Origin: Longimicrobiales bacterium
GTDB lineage: Bacteria; Gemmatimonadota; Gemmatimonadetes; Longimicrobiales; Gaopeijiaceae
Direction of reading: 5' to 3'
NCBI GenBank assembly: GCA_965202985.1
Contig: CBDBCF010000001.1
Coordinates: 1,472,001-1,536,000, forward strand
Length of the DNA stretch: 64,000 bases
Both the position numbers and the translations under genes were made by a program. A model generated the notes under the pieces. The model had not been told where the DNA came from. It saw only the letters and a list, made by a program, of their open reading frames with translations, and did no database searches. This document shows positions 60,499 to 64,000 of the stretch, in pieces; position 1 is the first letter of the stretch, and each line of letters begins with the position of its first letter.

Positions 60499-61443
60499 GT
60501 GCGGGATCTCGTGAGGCGCGGGACGGTGCTCGTGGCGGGCGCGCTGGCGGCGTTGCCGGTCGAGGTGCCGGCCCAGACCGGAACGCCCGCGCGCACGGGG
60601 ACCAGCTTGGATTCGCTCTTCGTCTACTGGGAGGGCGAGTACGAGACCGCCAGGGCTGCCTACGAGTCCGCCTACGAGTTCGTCTACGGCGAGACCGGGC
60701 TCGAAGACCGGTGGGACGAGGTGCTTGCGCAGCTGGCGGGCCTGGGGGGCTCGGGCGAAGATCGGCGACGCGGCAACTTGGAGGCCCGAGCCAAGGACCT
60801 CTCGGACCAGATTCACCGCGAGGAGAACGAACTCTACGCTCTCAAGGAGCAGTGGTGTCGGGCGCGAGAAGGGCTTGCGGAGGCGATCGACGCGCGGCTG
60901 GAGCTGATGGACAACCGCGAAGACACGGCAGGCCCATCGGCGGAGTACCTGGCGCTGAACCGGCGCTTGGTCGATGTCGAGAGCGAGATTGGAGAGAGCT
61001 TCGGGTCATGCGAGATTCAGGCGTTGCCGCCGTTCCCCGGCGTTCGCATCCTGCGCAGCGACGGACCCGACCAACTCCTGGACAAGGCTAGGTTCCTGCA
61101 ATCCAAGCGCAGACAGCACGAGGAGGTCCTTGCCAACCTGGACCGGCAGATCGATCGGCTGACGCGACAGCGGAACCGCAGCAATTTGTTGCGGGCGCTG
61201 GAGGATCACCAGGCGAACGAGGCCCGGTTCGGGCGCAACCAACCCCCCGTCGAGGACGAGGTGTCGGGGGGCGCGGCGCAGGAAGGCGGGCTCCAGGATA
61301 CGGCGGTCGCGGCCCTGCCCGGCGTGCGCCTCGAGGAACGGCTCGCGAACCTGATTGAGTTCAGGGACGAAGTGGCAGAACGGGTGAGGGAGCTGGAAGA
61401 GAAGGAGCGGGAGTTCGTCGGTCGCGCCGGGGGTCTCTCGTGA
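60499..61443 (+). CDS. Hypothetical exported coiled-coil protein
   Basis: Signal peptide then heptad-rich acidic helices; in operon. Confidence 0.7.
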   Translation: MRDLVRRGTVLVAGALAALPVEVPAQTGTPARTGTSLDSLFVYWEGEYETARAAYESAYEFVYGETGLEDRWDEVLAQLAGLGGSGEDRRRGNLEARAKDLSDQIHREENELYALKEQWCRAREGLAEAIDARLELMDNREDTAGPSAEYLALNRRLVDVESEIGESFGSCEIQALPPFPGVRILRSDGPDQLLDKARFLQSKRRQHEEVLANLDRQIDRLTRQRNRSNLLRALEDHQANEARFGRNQPPVEDEVSGGAAQEGGLQDTAVAALPGVRLEERLANLIEFRDEVAERVRELEEKEREFVGRAGGLS

Positions 61444-62621
61444 GGCGCCCGGGACGCTGGGGCGGACTGCTGTTGGTCGCGACCGGGCTGGCGGCGGCCG
61501 GGGGGACGGCTGTCGGAGGGACCGCGGGGGCCCAGGAGACCGGAGGGCGCCGCGTCGAAATGCGGGAGCTGGTGCTGACGGCCGGCGTACAGGGGACCCG
61601 CTACTGGGGCGACTTCTCGTCGGTCACGGTGTTGCAGATCGATTCCACGCGGAACGCATTGGCGGGCACGGGCGAGTTCGGCGTGCGCGGTCAGGTCGCG
61701 GTGCCCGGCGACAGTCGCGAGTTCCGGCTTGACTTCGGGGCCGACTTGGCCCAGTTCGCCACCGGCGGTTTCGAGTTGCGCAACTATGCGCCGCGGGAGT
61801 ACAGCGGCGGACTCGAGCTGTACTACGGTCAGTACCTGGGCGCAGGCGTGCTGGAGACGAAAGCGGAGGTGCGTGCCCGAGGGGTTGCCGACCGGCCGCC
61901 CATGCCGCTCTACCTGCAACCCGGATACCGCCGCTATTCGGGCTCGGTCGGGTACTCGCGACCGATCGCCTTCACGAGCCTGGTCGACGACGTGGATATC
62001 GCCTTTACGATAGAGAACCGAGACTTCGCGGCCCCGCGGCTGCTGCCCCAGCTCGACCTGCTGGACCGGTCGTCGGGCGAGTTGACTGTTGGAACCAGCC
62101 GCTCCTGGGGACGGGGTTCGAGCGACGGGACCGACAAGCTGCGCGTCTTCGGCGCGTATCGATACCACAACTACCCGCGCAAGGGCATCAGCATTCGACG
62201 AAGGGACCGCGCTGCGCGCCTGGGCGTCCAATGGGTTTTCGACCGCCTCGAGACCCTGGGGTTCCACATGGAAGTGGACGTGAGCGGAACGCTGAACCGG
62301 TCGAATTCGCGCCGCGTGGAGTACAATTCGGCGCACTTCAAGGCCGAGGCGGCCAAGATCCTCGGTGCCAAGACGATCGCCATCCTGGACCTGACGTTGG
62401 CCGCCAAGTCCTACACGCACAAAGGTCGGTACCAGTACCTGGTGCCGGGCGAGGAGGCCGACAACGCCACCATCGTTCACGCCAAGTTGGACCGGGAACT
62501 AGGACCCAACGTGCGCGGCGTCTTCGGATTCTTCTGGAACAACGTGGAAACCAACATCAGCGGGGCGTTCTACCGAGCCTTCGGCGCCACCTTCACGATG
62601 AACATCCGGCCCCAGTTCTAG
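61440..62621 (+). CDS. Putative outer-membrane beta-barrel protein
   Basis: Signal peptide, alternating amphipathic strands, C-terminal Phe. Confidence 0.7.
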   Translation: MRRPGRWGGLLLVATGLAAAGGTAVGGTAGAQETGGRRVEMRELVLTAGVQGTRYWGDFSSVTVLQIDSTRNALAGTGEFGVRGQVAVPGDSREFRLDFGADLAQFATGGFELRNYAPREYSGGLELYYGQYLGAGVLETKAEVRARGVADRPPMPLYLQPGYRRYSGSVGYSRPIAFTSLVDDVDIAFTIENRDFAAPRLLPQLDLLDRSSGELTVGTSRSWGRGSSDGTDKLRVFGAYRYHNYPRKGISIRRRDRAARLGVQWVFDRLETLGFHMEVDVSGTLNRSNSRRVEYNSAHFKAEAAKILGAKTIAILDLTLAAKSYTHKGRYQYLVPGEEADNATIVHAKLDRELGPNVRGVFGFFWNNVETNISGAFYRAFGATFTMNIRPQF

Positions 62622-63847
62622 GCGGCTCGGGCGGCCGACAGCGCCGACAGCACCTGGGCCAAGTCGGCTTCGGTGTGGTCCGCGTTGATCTGGAAGCGGA
62701 TCGCTTCGTCTCCTCGGGGGACCACGGGGTAGGCCAAGCCGGTGGCCAGAACGCCGGCGTCGAAGAGGGCGGCCACCAGGTGCCGGGTCTCGGTCGTGTC
62801 GCGCACCATGATCGGTACGATCGGGTGTTCGCCGGCGATGATCTCGAAGCCCCGTTCGACTAGCCCTTCTTCGAAGCGTCGGGCAAGCGAGCGCAACCGG
62901 CGCAGCAGCGCTTGCCCTTCCGGCCCCTGCAGGATCTCCAGGGACTTCGAGGCCGCGGCGGCCTCGCCGGCGGTGATCGGGTTGGAGTAGATGTACATCG
63001 GCGACGATTCCCGGAGATAGCGGACCACCGGCGCCGTGGAAACCGCATACCCGCCGTTGACGCCGAACGCCTTGCCCAAGGTGCCGATCAGCACGTCGCA
63101 GGGCGGGCCGCCCGCGTATTCCTCGGTGCCCCTGCCCGTCGGACCGAAGGCGCCTACGCCGTGGGAGTCGTCCACGATCACGACCACGTTCTCCGGGTAG
63201 TCCGCGTCGTGACGGGCGGCCAGCGCCATGATCTTGTCCACGGGCGCGTGGTCGCCCCGCATCGAGAAGATGCCGTCGGTGACGACCACGGCGCGGCGCG
63301 CGCGTCCCTTCGTGTCTTGCAGTCCCCGGTCCAGGGCGTCCAAGTCCAGGTGGGGGTACACGGCCTTGCCCGCGGGCCGGGACATGCGGACGGCGTTGAT
63401 GATGCAGTTGTGGTTGAGCGCGTCCGAGAAGACGAAGGTGCTGCCGCCGCACAACGAGGACAGCACGCTGACGACGGCGGCGTAGGCCGACGAGAAGATC
63501 ATGCCCGCCTCGCGCTCGTGGAACCGGGCCAGGGAGCGCTCGAGCTCCACATGGGGTTGGTACGTGCCGGCGATGAAGCGCACGGCGCCGGGGCCTGCGC
63601 CCATGCTGCGCGCCGTGGCCTCTTCGGCCGCGACGACCTCGGGGTGCAGTCCCAGCCCCAGGTACGCGTTCGCGTTCATGCGAAGGAAGGGGCGGTCGCC
63701 CCGGCCCTCCAAGAGGAAGCGCGGACCGAGCCCGTCCGCCGGAGGCAGAACCGATCGCACCACGGTCTCGGCGCCCTTGGCGGTTCCTTGGTCTTCCATG
63801 TCGGCGACCAGGTCGTTCAAGACTCCGGCCAAGCGGTCCATGGGCAT
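62618..63847 (-). CDS. kbl: Glycine C-acetyltransferase / AONS family PLP enzyme
   Basis: NAYLGL, AVRFIAGT, DALNH, DGIFSM.G, DDSHG, GTLGKAFG; downstream of a threonine dehydrogenase-like gene. Confidence 0.88.
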   Translation of the reverse strand: MPMDRLAGVLNDLVADMEDQGTAKGAETVVRSVLPPADGLGPRFLLEGRGDRPFLRMNANAYLGLGLHPEVVAAEEATARSMGAGPGAVRFIAGTYQPHVELERSLARFHEREAGMIFSSAYAAVVSVLSSLCGGSTFVFSDALNHNCIINAVRMSRPAGKAVYPHLDLDALDRGLQDTKGRARRAVVVTDGIFSMRGDHAPVDKIMALAARHDADYPENVVVIVDDSHGVGAFGPTGRGTEEYAGGPPCDVLIGTLGKAFGVNGGYAVSTAPVVRYLRESSPMYIYSNPITAGEAAAASKSLEILQGPEGQALLRRLRSLARRFEEGLVERGFEIIAGEHPIVPIMVRDTTETRHLVAALFDAGVLATGLAYPVVPRGDEAIRFQINADHTEADLAQVLSALSAARAA

Positions 63848-63857
63848 TTGCGGCGAC

Positions 63858-64000
63858 CTACCTTTCTGGTTGCGCGACGAGGCGGCCGGCGCCGGCCGAG
63901 GCGGTCGAGCGGACCACGCCGTTCAGCATCGCCGGCACCATGTCGGCCAGCTCGTATTCGTGACGCCAGCCCCACTGCGACCGGGCCTCCGAGTCGTCCA
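63858..64000 (-). CDS. 3' end of SDR-type L-threonine 3-dehydrogenase / NAD-dependent epimerase (partial)
   Basis: DDSEARSQWGWRHEYELADMVPAML; adjacent to kbl. Confidence 0.7.
   Translation of the reverse strand, partial: DDSEARSQWGWRHEYELADMVPAMLNGVVRSTASAGAGRLVAQPER

Overview
High-GC bacterial chromosome window spanning the replication origin: rpmH-rnpA-yidD-yidC-mnmE-mnmG-parS cluster-parA-parB on the minus strand, and dnaA-oriC-dnaN on the plus strand. Gene content and style suggest Gemmatimonadota, possibly a host-associated lineage (inference only). Most of the window is housekeeping (PDH operon, lipA, ispH, glcDE/F, peptidases, TRAP transporter, two-component system, kbl). The left ~20 kb is more accessory. 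It holds a repeat-rich secreted protein preceded by a 21-nt poly-G/C tract, a decayed ISNCY/IS1202-like element with 16-bp inverted repeats, a duplicated 5' end of phzF, a frameshifted Rpn nuclease splitting a TRAP operon and an orphan PilB/GspE ATPase. The top candidate for an undescribed system is a pair of paralogous small proteins (3300-4007 and 18445-18963). They share a ~81-aa putative helix-turn-helix domain (62/81 identical by hand alignment) but have different N-termini; one has coiled coil + histone-H1-like linker + DNA-binding-domain architecture, like a nucleoid/xenogeneic-silencer protein. dnaA appears to need a non-canonical (CTG) start. All calls come from motif recognition by eye; no database searches were run.
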